A stretch of DNA of 64,000 nucleotides. Source: Euprymna scolopes (Eukaryota). The translations under genes were made by a program, and so were the position numbers. The number at the start of each line of letters is the position of its first letter. The stretch's first letter is position 1. Below, in pieces: positions 14,532 through 29,511 of the stretch. The notes beneath the pieces were generated by a model that was not told the DNA's origin, did no database searches, and saw only the letters and a list, made by a program, of their open reading frames with translations. The DNA lies in assembly GCA_053919585.1 (NCBI GenBank), contig CM132814.1; one strand, 5' to 3'.

Positions 14532-17500
14532 TATACTTTCTAAATTATGATATCTAAATTATGATATACTTTCTAAATTATGATATACTTTCTAACTTAT
14601 GATATACTTTCTAAATTATGATATACTTTCTAAATTATGATATCTAAATTATGATATACTTTCTAAATTATGATATACTTTCTAAATTATGATATACTTT
14701 CTAAATTATGGTATCTCAATTATGATATACTTTCTAAATTATGATATACTTTCTAAATTATGATATCTAAATTATTATATACTTTCTAAATTATGATATA
14801 CTTTCTAAATCATGATATCTAAATTATGATATACTTTCTAAATTATGATATCTAAATTATGATATACTTTCTAAATGATGATATACTTTCTAAATGATTA
14901 TATACTTTCTAAATTATGATATACTTTCTAAATTATGATATACTTTCTAAATTATGATATCTAAATTATGATATACTTTCTAAATTATGATATTAAAATT
15001 ATGATATACTTTCTAAATTATGATATTTAAATTATGATATACTTTCTAAATTATGATATACTTTCTAAATTATGATATACTTTCTAAATTATGATATCTA
15101 CATTATGATATACTTTCTAAATTATGATATACTTTCTAAATTATGATATACATTCTAAATTATGATATACTTTCTAAATTATGATATACCTTCTAAATTA
15201 TGATATACTTTCTAAATTATGGTATCTAAATTATTATATACTTTCTAAATTATGATATCTAAATTATGATATACTTTCTAAATTATGATATACTTTCTAA
15301 ATTATGATATCTAAATTATGATATACTTTCTAAATTATGATATCTAAATTATGATATACCTTCGAAATTATGATATCTAAATTATGATATACTTTCTAAA
15401 TTATGATATACTTTCTAAATTATGATATACTTTCTAAATTATGATATACTTTCTAAATTATGATATACATTCTAAAGTATGATGAACTTTCTAAATTATG
15501 ATATACCTTCCAAATTATGATATACTTTCTAAATTATGGTATCTAAATTATTATATACTTTCTAAATTATGATATCTAAATTATGATATACTTTCTAAAT
15601 TATGATATACTTTCTAAATTATGATATCTAAATTATGATATACTTTCTAAATTATGATATCTAAATTATGATATACTTTCTAAATTATGATATCTAAATT
15701 ATGATATACTTTCTAAATTATGATATACTTTCTAAATTATGATATACTTTCTAAATTATTATATACTTTCTAAATTATGATGTACTTTCTAAATTATGAT
15801 ATACTTTCTAAATTATGATATACTTTCTAAATTATGGTATCTAAATTATTATATACTTTCTAAATTATGATATCTAAATTATTATATACTTTCTAAATTA
15901 TGATATACTTTCTAAATTATGATATACTTTCTAAATTATGATATACTTTCTAAATTATGATACACTTTCTAAATTATGATATACATTCTAAATTATGATG
16001 TACTTTCTAAATTATGATATACCTTCTAAATTATGATATACTTTCTAAATTATGGTATCTAAATTATTATATACTTTCTAAATTATGATATACTTTCTAA
16101 ATTATGATATACTTTCTAAATTATGATATTCTTTCTAAATTATGATATACTTTCTAAATTATGATATACTTTCTAAATTATGATATACTTTCTAAATTAT
16201 GATATACTTTCTAAATTATGATATCTACATTATGATATATTTTCTAAATTATGATATACTTTCTAAATTATGATATACATTCTAAATTATGATATACGTT
16301 CTAAATTATGATATACCTTCTAAATTATGATATCTTTTCTAAATTATGGTATCTAAATTATTATATACTTTCTAAATTATGATATCTAAATTATGATATA
16401 CTTTCTAAATTATGATATCTAAATTATGATATACTTTCTAAATTATGATATACTTTCTAAATTATGATATACTGTCTAAATTATGATATACTTTCTAAAT
16501 TTTGATATACTTTCTAAATTATGATATACATTCTAAATTATGATGTACTTTCTAAATTATGATATACTTTCTAAATTATGATATACTTTCTAAATTATGG
16601 TATCTAAATTATTATATACTTTCTAAATTATGATATCTAAATTATGATATCCTTTCTAAATTATGATATACTTTCTAAATTATAATATACATTCTAAATT
16701 ATGATGTACTTTCTAAATTATGATATACCTTCTAAATTATGGTATACTTTCAAAATTATGGTATCTAAATTATTATATACTTTCTAAATTATGGTATCTT
16801 AATTATGATATACTTTCTAAATTATGATATACATTCTAAATTATGATGTACTTTCTAAATTATGATATACCTTCTAAATTATGATATACTTTCTAAATTA
16901 TGGTATCTAAATTATTATATACTTTCTAAATTATGATATCTAAATTATGATATACTTTCTAAATTATGATATACTTTCTAAATTATGGTATCTAAATTAT
17001 TATATACTTTCTAAATTATGATATCTACATTATGATATACTTTCTAAATTATGATATACTTTCTAAATTATGATATCTAAATTATTATATACTTTCTAAA
17101 TTATGATATCTAAATTATGATATACTTTCTAAATTATGATATACTTTCTAAATTATGATATACTTTCTAAATTATGATATACTTTCTAAATTATGATATA
17201 CATTCTAAATTATGATGTACTTTCTAAATTATGATATACTTTCTAAATTATGATATACTTTCTAAATTATGGTATCTAAATTATTATATACTTTCTAAAT
17301 TATGATATCTAAATTATGATATACTTTCTAAATTATGATATACTTTCTAAATTATGATATACTTTCTAAATTATGATATACTTTCTAAATTATGATATAC
17401 TTTCTAAATTATGATATACTTTCTAAATTATGATATACATTCTAAATTATGATGTACTTTCTAAATTATGATATACTTTCTAAATTATGATATACTTTCT

Positions 17501-19677
17501 AAATTATGGTATCTAAATTATTATATACTTTCTAAATTATGATATCTAAATTATGATATACTTTCTAAATTATGATATACTTTCTAAATTATGATATACT
17601 TTCTAAATTATGATATACTTTCTAAATTATGATATACTTTCTAAATTATGATATACTTTCTAAATTATGATATACATTCTAAATTATGATGTACTTTCTA
17701 AATTATGATATACCTTCTAAATTATGATATACTTTCTAAATTATGGTATCTAAATTATGATATACTTTCTAAATTATGATATCTAAATTATGATATACTT
17801 TCTAAATTATGATATACTTTTTAAATTATGATATACTTTCTAAATTATGATATACTTTCTAAATTATGATATACTTTCTAAATTATGATATACTTTCTAA
17901 ATTATGATATCTACATTATGATATATTTCTAAATTATGATATACTTTCTAAATTATGATATACATTCTAAATTATGATATACGTTCTAAATTATGATATA
18001 CCTTCTAAATTATGATATACTTTCTAAATTATGGTATCTAAATTATTATATACTTTCTAAATTATGATATCTAAATTATGATATACTTTCTAAATTATGA
18101 TATACTTTCTAAATTATGATATCTAAATTATGATATACTTTCTAAATTATTATATCTAAATTATGATATACTTTCTAAATTATGATATCTAAATTATGAT
18201 ATACATTCTAAATTATGATATACTTTCTAAATTAGATATACTTTCTAAATTATGATATACTTTCTAAATTATGATATACTTTCTAAATTATGATATACAT
18301 TCTAAATTATGATGTACTTTCTAAATTATAATATACTTTCTAAATTATGATATACTTTCTAAATTATGATATACATTCTAAATTATGATGTACTTTCTAA
18401 ATTATGATATACCTTCTAAATTATGATATACTTTCTAAATTATGGTATCTAAATTATTATATACTTTCTAAATTATGATATCTAAATTATGATATACTTT
18501 CTAAATTATGATATACTTTCTAAATTATGATATACTTTCTAAATTATGATATACTTTCTAAATTATGATATACTTTCTAAATTATGATATACTTTCTAAA
18601 TTATGATATACTTTCTAAATTATGATATACTTTCTAAATTATGATATACTTTCTAAATTATGATATACATTCTAAATTATAATGTACTTTCTAAATTATG
18701 ATATACCTTCTAAATTATGATATACTTTCTAAATTATGGTATCTAAATTATATACTTTCTAAATTATGATATACTTTCTAAATTATGATATACTTTCTAA
18801 ATTATGATATACTTTCTAAATTATGATATACTTTCTAAATTATGATATCTACATTATGATATACTTTCTAAATTATGATATACTTTCTAAATTATGATAT
18901 ACATTCTAAATTATGATATACGTTCTAAATTATGATATACCTTCTAAATTATGATATACTTTCTAAATCATGGTATCTAAATTATGATATACTTTCTAAA
19001 TTATGATATCTAAATTATGATATACTTTCTAAATTATGATATCTAAATTATGATATACTTTCTAAATTATGATATCTAAATTATGATATACTTTCTAAAT
19101 TATGATATACTTTCTAAATTATGATATACTTTCTAAATTATTATATACTTTCTAAATTATGATATACATTCTAAATTATGATGTACTTTCTAAATTATGA
19201 TATACTTTCTAAATTATGATATACTTTCTAAATTATGGTATCTAAATTATTATATACTTTCTAAATTATGATATCTAAATTATGATATCCTTTCTAAATT
19301 ATGATATACTTTCTAAATTATGATATACTTTCTAAATTATGATATACTTTCTAAATTATGATATACATTCTAAATTATGATGTACTTTCTAAATTATGAT
19401 ATATCTTCTAAATTATGATATACTTTCTAAATTATGGTATCTAAATTATTATATACTTTCAAAATAATGATATCTAAATTATGATATACTTTCTAAATTA
19501 TGATATACTTTCTAAATTATGATATACTTTCTAAATTATGATATACTTTCTAAATTATGATATACTTTCTTAATTATGACATACTTTCTAAATTATGATA
19601 TACTTTCTAAATTATGATATACTTTCTAAATTATGATATACTTTCTAAATTATGATATACATTCTAAATTATGATAT

Positions 19678-19798
19678 TTATTGCATAGGTAATCTATATA
19701 TATACAAAGCAAAAGTCTCATGCACGTTTTTGTATGTCCACAAAAAGGTTTTTCGGGGAGGGGCTCTCAACCACGTTACTATTCTTTAGAACTTTCCT
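19678..19798 (+). repeat. Copy 6 of the ~121-bp segment
   Basis: Near-identical to 1068-1188; shares the aaagtctc variant with copy 2. Confidence 0.95.
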
Positions 19799-22700
19799 TA
19801 TACTTTCTAAATTATGATATCTAAATTATGATATACTTTCTAAATTATGATATACTTTCTAACTTATGATATACTTTCTAAATTATGATATACTTTCTAA
19901 ATTATGATATCTAAATTATGATATACTTTCTAAATTATGATATACTTTCTAAATTATGATATACTTTCTAAATTATGGTATCTCAATTATGATATACTTT
20001 CTAAATTATGATATACTTTCTAAATTATGATATCTAAATTATGATATACTTTCTAAATTATGATATACTTTCTAAATCATGATATCTAAATTATGATATA
20101 CTTTCTAAATTATGATATCTAAATTATGATATACTTTCTAAATGATGATATATTTTCTAAATGATTATATACTTTCTAAATTATGATATACTTTCTAAAT
20201 TATGATATACTTTCTAAATTATGATATCTAAATTATGATATACTTTCTAAATTATGATATTAAAATTGTCATATACTTTCTAAATTATGATATTTAAATT
20301 ATGATATACTTTCTAAATTATGATATACTGTCTAAATTATGATATAGTTTCTAAATTATGATATCTACATTATGATATACTTTCTAAATTATGATATACT
20401 TTCTAAATTATGATATACATTCTAAATTATGATATACTTTCTAAATTATGATATACCTTCTAAATTATGATATACTTTCTAAATTATGGTATCTAAATTA
20501 TTATATACTTTCTAAATTATGATATCTAAATCATGATATACTTTCTAAATTATGATATACTTTCTAAATTATGATATACTTTCTAAATTATGATATACTT
20601 TCTAAATTATGATAAACTTTCTAAATTATTATATACTTTCTAAATTATGATATACTTTCTAAATTATGATATACTTTCTAAATTATGATATCTACATTAT
20701 GATATACTTTCTAAATTATGATATACTTTCTAAATTATGATATACATTCTAAATTATGATATACGTTCTAAATTATTATATACCTTCTAAATTATGATAT
20801 ACTTTCTAAATTATGGTATCTAAATTATTATATACTTTCTAAATTATGATATCTAAATTATGATATACTTTCTAAATTATGATATACTTTCTAAATTATG
20901 ATATCTAAATTATGATATACTTTCTAAATTATGATATCTAAATTATGATATACTTTCTAAATTATGATATCTAAATTATGATATACTTTCTAAATTATGA
21001 TATACTTTCTAAATTAGATATACTTTCTAAATTATGATATACTTTCTAAATTATGATATACTTTCTAAATTATGATATACATTCTAAATTATGATGTACT
21101 TTCTAAATTATGATATACTTTCTAAATTATGATATACTTTCTAAATTATGATATACATTCTAAATTATGATGTACTTTCTAAATTATGATATCCTTTCTA
21201 AATTATGATATACTTTCGAAATTATGGTATCTAAATTATATACTTTCTAAATTATGATATCTAAATTATGATATACTTTCTAAATTATGATATACTTTCT
21301 AAATTATGATATACTTTCTAAATTATGATATACTTTCTAAATTATGATATACTTTCTTAATTATGATATACTTTCTAAATTATGATATACTTTCTAAATT
21401 ATGATATACTTTCTAAATTATGATATCTACATTATGATATACTTTCTAAATTATGATATACTTTCTAAATTATGATATACTTTCTAAATTATGATATACT
21501 TTCTAAATTATGATATACATTCTAAATTATGATGTACTTTCTAAATTATGATATACCTTCTAAATTATGATATACTTTCTAAATTATGGTATCTAAATTA
21601 TTATATACTTTCTAAATTATGATATCTAAATTATGATATACTTTCTAAATTATGATATACTTTCTAAATTATGATATACTTTCTAAATTATGATATACTT
21701 TCTAAATTATGATATACTTTCTAAATTATGATATACTTTCTAAATTATGATATAAATTCTAAATTATGATGTACTTTCTAAATTATGATATCCTTTCTAA
21801 ATTATGATATACTTTCGAAATTATGGTATCTAAATTATATACTTTCTAAATTATGATATCTAAATTATGATATACTTTCTAAATTATGATATACTTTCTA
21901 AATTATGATATACTTTCTAAATTATGATATACTTTCTAAATTATGATATACTTTCTTAATTATGATATACTTTCTAAATTATGATATACTTTCTAAATTA
22001 TGATATACTTTCTAAATTATGATATCTACATTATGATATACTTTCTAAATTATGATATACTTTCTAAATTATGATATACATTCTAAATTATGATATACGT
22101 TCTAAATTATGATATACCTTCTAAATTATGATATACTTTCTAAATTATGGTATCTAAATTATTATATACTTTCTAAATTATGATATCTAAATTATGATAT
22201 ACTTTCTAAATTATGATATACTTTCTAAATTATGATATCTAAATTATGATATACTTTCTAAATTATGATATCTAAATTATGATATACTTTCTAAATTATG
22301 ATATCTAAATTATGATATACTTTCTAAATTATGATATACTTTCTAAATTATGATATACTTTCTAAATTATGATATACTTTCTAAATTATGATATACATTC
22401 TAAATTATGATGTACTTTCTAAATTATGATATACTTTCTAAATTATGATATACTTTCTAAATTATGGTATCTAAATTATTATATACTTTCTAAATTATGA
22501 TATCTAAATTATGATATCCTTTTCACATTATGATATACTTTCTAAATTATGATATACTTTCTAAATTATGATATACTTTCTAAATTATGATATACATTCT
22601 AAATTATGATGTACTTTCTAAATTATAATATACCTTCTAAATTATGATATACTTTCTAAATTATGGTATCTAAATTATTATATACTTTCTAAATTATGAT

Positions 22701-22906
22701 ATCTAAATTATGATATACTTTCTAAATTATGATATACTTTCTAAATTATGATATACTTTCTAAATTATGATACACTTTCTAAATTATGATATACTTTCTT
22801 AATTATGACATACTTTCTAAATTATGATATACTTTCTAAATTATGATATACTTTCTAAATTATGATATACTTTCTAAATTATGATATACTTTCTAAATTA
22901 TGATAT

Positions 22907-23027
22907 TTATTGCATAGGTAATCTATATATATACAAAGCAAAAGTGTCATGCACGTTTTTGTATGTCCACAAAAAGGTTTTTCGGGGAGGGGCTCTCAAC
23001 CACGTTACTATTCTTTAGAACTTTCCT
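22907..23027 (+). repeat. Copy 7 of the ~121-bp segment
   Basis: Near-identical to 1068-1188. Confidence 0.95.
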
Positions 23028-26000
23028 TATACTTTCTAAATTATGATATCTAAATTATGATATACTTTCTAAATTATGATATACTTTCTAACTTATGATA
23101 TACTTTCTAAATTATGATATACTTTCTAAATTATGATATCTAAATTATGATATACTTTCTAAATTATGATATACTTTCTAAATTATGATATACTTTCTAA
23201 ATTATGGTATCTCAATTATGATATACTTTCTAAATTATGATATACTTTCTAAATTATGATATCTAAATTATTATATACTTTCTAAATTATGATATACTTT
23301 CTAAATCATGATATCTAAATTATGATATACTTTCTTAATTATGATATCTAAATTATGATATACTTTCTAAATGATGATATACTTTCTAAATGATTATATA
23401 CTTTCTAAATTATGATATACTTTCTAAATTATGATATACTTTCTAAATTATGATATCTAAATTATGATATACTTTCTAAATTATGATATTAAAATTATGA
23501 TATACTTTCTAAATTATGATATTTAAATTATGATATACTTTCTAAATTATGATATACTTTCTAAATTATGATATACTTTCTAAATTATGATATCTACATT
23601 ATGATATACTTTCTAAATTATGATATACTTTCTAAATTATGATATACATTCTAAATTATGATATACTTTCTAAATTATGATATACCTTCTAAATTATGAT
23701 ATACTTTCTAAATTATGGTATCTAAATAATGATATACTTTCTAAATTATGATATCTAAATTATGATATACTTTCTAAATTATGATATACTTTCTAAATTA
23801 TGATATCTAAATTATGATATACTTTCTAAATTATGATATCTAAATTATGATATACCTTCGAAATTATGATATCTAAATTATGATATACTTTCTAAATTAT
23901 GATATACTTTCTAAATTATGATATACTTTCTAAATTATGATATACTTTCTAAATTATGATATACATTCTAAAGTATGATGAACTTTCTAACTTATGATAT
24001 ACCTTCCAAATTATGATATACTTTCTAAATTATGGTATCTAAATTATTATATACTTTCTAAATTATGATATCTAAATTATGATATACTTTCTAAATTATG
24101 ATATACTTTCTAAATTATGATATCTAAATTATGATATACTTTCTAAATTATGATATCTAAATTATGATATACTTTCTAAATTATGATATCTAAATTATGA
24201 TATACTTTCTAAATTATGATATACTTTCTAAATTATGATATACTTTCTAAAATATTATATACTTTCTAAATTATGATGTACTTTCTAAATTATGATATAC
24301 TTTCTAAATTATGATATACTTTCTAAATTATGGTATCTAAATTATTATATACTTTCTAAATTATGATATCTAAATTATTATATACTTTCTAAATTATGAT
24401 ATACTTTCTAAATTATGATATACTTTCTAAATTATGATATACTTTCTAAATTATGATATACTTTCTAAATTATGATATACATTCTAAATTATGATGTACT
24501 TTCTAAATTATGATATACCTTCTAAATTATGATATACTTTCTAAATTATGGTATCTAAATTATTATATACTTTCTAAATTATGATATACTTTCTAAATTA
24601 TGATATACTTTCTAAATTATGATATTCTTTCTAAATTATGATATACTTTCTAAATTATGATATACTTTCTAAATTATGATATACTTTCTAAATTATGATA
24701 TACTTTCTAAATTATGATATCTACATTATGATATACTTTCTAAATTATGATATACTTTCTAAATTATGATATACATTCTAAATTATGATATACGTTCTAA
24801 ATTATGATATACCTTCTAAATTATGATATCTTTTCTAAATTATGGTATCTAAATTATTATATACTTTCTAAATTATGATATCTAAATTATGATATACTTT
24901 CTAAATTATGATATCTAAATTATGATATACTTTCTAAATTATGATATACTTTCTAAATTATGATATACTGTCTAAATTATGATATACTTTCTAAATTATG
25001 ATATACTTTCTAAATTATGATATACTTTCTAAATTATGATATACATTCTAAATTATGATGTACTTTCTAAATTATGATATACTTTCTAAATTATGATATA
25101 CTTTCTAAATTATGGTATCTAAATTATTATATACTTTCTAAATTATGATATCTAAATTATGATATCCTTTCTAAATTATGATATACTTTCTAAATTATGA
25201 TATACTTTCTAAATTATGATATACTTTCTAAATTATAATATACATTCTAAATTATGATGTACTTTCTAAATTATGATATACCTTCTAAATTATGATATAC
25301 TTTCTAAATTATGGTATCTAAATTATTATATACTTTCTAAATTATGGTATCTTAATTATGATATACTTTCTAAATTATGATATACTTTCTAAATTATGAT
25401 ATACTTTCTAAATTATGATATACTTTCTAAATTATGATATACTTTCTAAATTATGATATACTTTCTAAATTATGATATACATTCTAAATTATGATGTACT
25501 TTCTAAATTATGATATACCTTCTAAATTATGATATACTTTCTAAATTATGGTATCTAAATTATTATATACTTTCTAAATTATGATATACTTTCTAAATTA
25601 TGATATACTTTCTAAATTATAATATACTTTCTAAATTATGATATACTTTCTAAATTATGATATACTTTCTAAATTATGATATCTACATTATGATATACTT
25701 TCTAAATTATGATATACTTTCTAAATTATGATATACTTTCTAAATTATGATATACGTTCTAAATTATGATATACCTTCTAAATTATGATATACTTTCTAA
25801 ATTATGGTATCTAAATTATTATATACTTTCTAAATTATGATATCTAAATTATGATATACTTTCTAAATTATGATATACTTTCTAAATTATGATATCTAAA
25901 TTATGATATACTTTCTAAATTATGATATCTAAATTATGATATACTTTCTAAATTATGATATCTAAATTATGATATACTTTCTAAATTATGATATACTTTC

Positions 26001-27056
26001 TAAATTATGATATACTTTCTTAATTATGATATACATTCTAAATTATGATGTACTTTCTAAATTATGATATACTTTCTAAATTATGATATACTTTCTAAAT
26101 TATGGTATCTAAATTATTATATACTTTCTAAATTATGATATCTAAATTATGATATTCTTTACTAAATTATGATATACTTTCTAAATTATGATATACTTTC
26201 TAAATTATGATATACTTTCTAAATTATGATATACATTCTAAATTATGATGTACTTTCTAAATTATGATATACCTTCTAAATTATGATATACTTTCTAAAT
26301 TATGGTATCTAAATTATTATATACTTTCTAAATTATGATATCTAAATTATGATATACTTTCTAAATTATGATATACTTTCTAAATTATGATATACTTTCT
26401 AAATTATGATATACTTTCTAAATTATGATACACTTTCTAAATTATGATATACTTTCTTAATTATGACATACTTTCTAAATTATGATATACTTTCTAAATT
26501 ATGATATACTTTCTAAATTATGATATACTTTCTAAATTACGATTTGTGAATGGACGTTGTCTACATTTATTTTGATCGACTTTTAAAAAGTTCCCGCTAT
26601 TTCGTCCTTTCGTACGCTTGTTCATCTTTTTCGTATAAATAAAGGGAAATGTAGTGAAGTAGGCTGCCTGGCTTTCCGTCCAATACCTCCAGAAACGCAA
26701 TTAGCGTTGATCATATTAGACAATTGCTATTCATTTGATAGTGCCCCCTTTTTCGGGGTAGCTTGGTTTCCCCAACATCGTGGGGAAACAAATAAATGAA
26801 ACGGCGGAAAGCTGAACTGGCCTTCAGCCAATGTTCATTTCTGCACCTATGTGAACTCATTCACTTAACAAGTCAACTTTTTGATTGACCTCGCTAAATT
26901 TGAACGCATTTCACTTCCTATGGCTTCGTAGCGTAACAGTAAGATGTTGTGTTTTCTTTTACTTTCTTTTCCTCCTTCGCTTCACAGGTTCAAGCCTGCC
27001 TGCCTACTAACACTTTTTTTTTCAAACACTCAGGCAACACCGGACACCCATGCTAG

Positions 27057-27833
27057 TCTATTATATAAAAGGTTGCGTCGGTTAGATTCTGCGAGAAGTT
27101 TTCACATACTTCCCAGATTGTAATATCTCGCATTCGCAAATGGAAATCATCTCTATGTTTTTTTTTGATTGAGTTAAACAAAATTCTCACCATGCCATCG
27201 TGTCGGCTGTTTGTTTGTCTTTTTCGTATAAATACAGCAAAACTATTTGAATGCAAACGCCAATGCCTGGCCTTCACCCGGGCAGTGTCTATTCTGTAAT
27301 TGGTTTTTGGATCAATGTATGGAAATCCTTCACACTGGGACAAGTACTATTTATTTGGATACTGCCAGAGTGCCTCCTATTTAAGGGAGCTGCTTTTCCC
27401 CACACATTAAAAACGATCTCATGGGGAAACAAATAATTAAAATGACAGAAAGCGGGAAGCTAAATTGGCCCCCAGCCAGTTTAAAAGATTCGTGGTGATT
27501 CCTATGATTCTTAACTTAATTACCAACTCATTGAATGCATAATCAACTTTGGCCTAATGGTTAGTGCGGAAGATTAATTATCCTATGTTTTTGAGTTCGA
27601 TCCCACCTCTCTCTCCTTATCTATTTTTTTTAGTTTTTTTTATTTCGTCCATGTGCCAATATCCTCCACCCGGACAAAAGTTAATTACCAACTCATTTAA
27701 TTCACTATCCTCTTTTTTTTTCAAGTTCTTTTCCTCCTTCACGGTACGGGTTTGAGTCTGCCTGTCTACTACCACTTTTTTTTTTTTTTTATTGCTCAAC
27801 GCACACCTCCAAACACTTGGGCATCCCCGCTAG
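27057..27833 (+). mobile_element. Non-autonomous Helitron-like element, head-to-tail with the previous one
   Basis: Junction gCTAG|TCTATTATATAAAAGG; ends cacacctccaaacacttgggcatccccgCTAG^t; internal blocks shared with 26600-27056 (ctttttcgtataaata, tggggaaacaaataa). Confidence 0.75.
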
Positions 27834-28289
27834 TTTGAAAAAAAAAAGAACAAAAGAAATTATCTTTCTAAAAATGTAAAAAAATAAAAGAACAAAAGAA
27901 TTATCTTTCTAAAAATGTAAATATTTCCAACCCTAAATAAAAAGAAAAGACAAAAAATTGATGATATACCAAACTTTGGTAAAGTTATGTTCTATACATG
28001 CAAAGAGATCCAGAAACGCTTAATGGTCAATTGAAACAAATGCTGATCAACAGTCTTTACTGTAAACATCTCAAAACTATGTGATAATGCTTAGTATTTC
28101 TACGTATGGAATAGATAACCACTATTCATATGACAAGATCGCAGGTAAAATAAGCCTGAGCCTGGAATAATAACATGCACCAACAAATGACATCAAATTA
28201 ATTCAAAAGCCATAAGCTCAGAAGAAGCATCTGAGCATCATACTCGGCAGTGAGTGACATCCTTTTACTAGTGACCATTTTTCTTTCAG

Positions 28290-28487
28290 GTAATAGACTA
28301 CAACTGACCAAATATGGATAACTAAATTTGATTAACACAGATTCTCGAGTTCAACTTGAAGATTCAACAAAAAAGTAGGAAATTACATCAGCCAAATGTT
28401 GTGAAAATAATTTTCAAGATGAGAACAGTAGCCAAATAATCCAACTAAAACACATTATCAATCCTCATCTAAAAAATTCTGAAACAT
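28290..28487 (+). repeat. Degenerate dispersed repeat, probably Penelope-derived (related copies ~52038-52120 minus and ~53035-53150 plus)
   Basis: Shared blocks gttgtgaaaataat...agatgag...tatcaatcctcatctaaaaaatt; the reverse complement is seen at 52038-52120; the 53100 copy retains cagaagaaggttgg...cgatcgaaacattgtga, a decayed hammerhead-like core. Confidence 0.45.
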
Positions 28488-28984
28488 ATGATCAGCACAA
28501 AGACCATGCAGAGGAAGAAATTAAAAAAACAACCTTAACACAAAGAGACTCCTTTTCATATCTTGAACATAATTCTCAAGTTATGCGTGTATGTTAAAAT
28601 CTACGTGCAACTGCTTTCTCTCCCGTTTCAAGTTGTGTTGATCCATTCCGTAATATCTCCTTCTTAGATGTTGTTGCTATTGTCTTTTTTTCTCTTTTTA
28701 ATGACTTTCATATCAGCAGTGTTTTTAAAAGCTATGTAAGCATAGTAAAAAATTAGCATACAAATTAACTCCATATGTTTATTACTTACAGCATCCAACA
28801 CACACATGTCTACTTCTTACAACATCCAGGACAGCATCCAAAAGGATTAACACTCATAAAATATGAGAATATGATTTTTTCCCAAGCATGAGAATATGTA
28901 AGAAGTGACTTTATTTAAACAGAAAAATAAAACTGGCTAAAAAAATTCCCGTGCGTCATATGTTATGACATGTGTCTGCCTAAC

Positions 28985-29511
28985 TTTAACAAATGTCTAA
29001 AATTAAATCAACAGTGACCAATCAGAGACGATCATAGACTGACTGTTAATGATTTATTTAAATAGCTCTAATTTAATAGCTCTCGCATTGTCTGCCATCA
29101 TCCAGCTACTGTCACATCATTGCAGTGTTGCATCCCTGTGCTTGTTTTATAAGTACTTCCATAGAATGTGTTCCAATGAACTGATTGCACTTCTTTTCCT
29201 TAATACACCCCCCTCCCCTACTAGACTAGTTGCTAAATCTCATTAACTGAAGAGTACAATAAATGCAGGAAGATTTTTTACTCTAATAATTTTTTCTTCA
29301 AACTGCTTGCCTTTGGAATTTCTTTTCCTGCTCTCTGTTCTTCCAGCAGTATTAATATGCATGAATTTAAATCTAATATGAACAAACATCTTGCTGCATA
29401 ACTCCCCAACAGGTTGCTGCTTATAAATATGGTACCTACCACAGTAACTTTTTACACTCCAGTGACAATATAGCATGTTTCAAATAAATAAAATTAAAAT
29501 AAATAAAAAAA
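28985..29511 (+). pseudogene. Decayed 3' end of a LINE ORF2 (Jockey/CR1/L2-group) with A-rich tail
   Basis: Translation LSHHCSVASLCLFYKYFHRMCSNEL...TRL...FLQTACLWN...NMHEFKSNMNKHL matches the C-terminal pattern LSHRRxVASLxLFYRYF...FF.RTxxLWNSLP...FKSxVNxHL of these LINEs; frameshifted; tail aaataaataaaattaaaataaataaaaaaa. Confidence 0.75.

Larger units (their letters stand above)
1189..26539. repeat. Satellite array: 19-bp monomer ctaaattatgatatacttt plus 14-bp deletion variant ctaaattatgatat, with higher-order structure
   Basis: Continuous tandem monomers with recurring point variants, interrupted six times by the same ~121-bp non-satellite segment. Confidence 0.98.
1083..27056 (+). mobile_element. 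Non-autonomous Helitron-like element carrying a ~25-kb internal satellite
   Basis: Starts a^TCTATATATATACAAAG...tgtatgtc, like the other 5' ends in the window (29707, 30711, 63417). After the array, 26540-27056 is homologous to 27200-27833 and to the 3' part of 30711-31150, ending ggcaacaccggacacccatgCTAG. Confidence 0.65.

Noticed and set aside
1068-26539. CRISPR-like repeat/spacer array
   Set aside because: Monomers are contiguous with no unique spacers, the interspersed 121-bp segments are near-identical to each other, there are no cas genes, and the context is eukaryotic.
1189-26539. Telomeric or proven centromeric repeat
   Set aside because: No G-rich telomere motif, the array is internal, and centromere function cannot be read from sequence.
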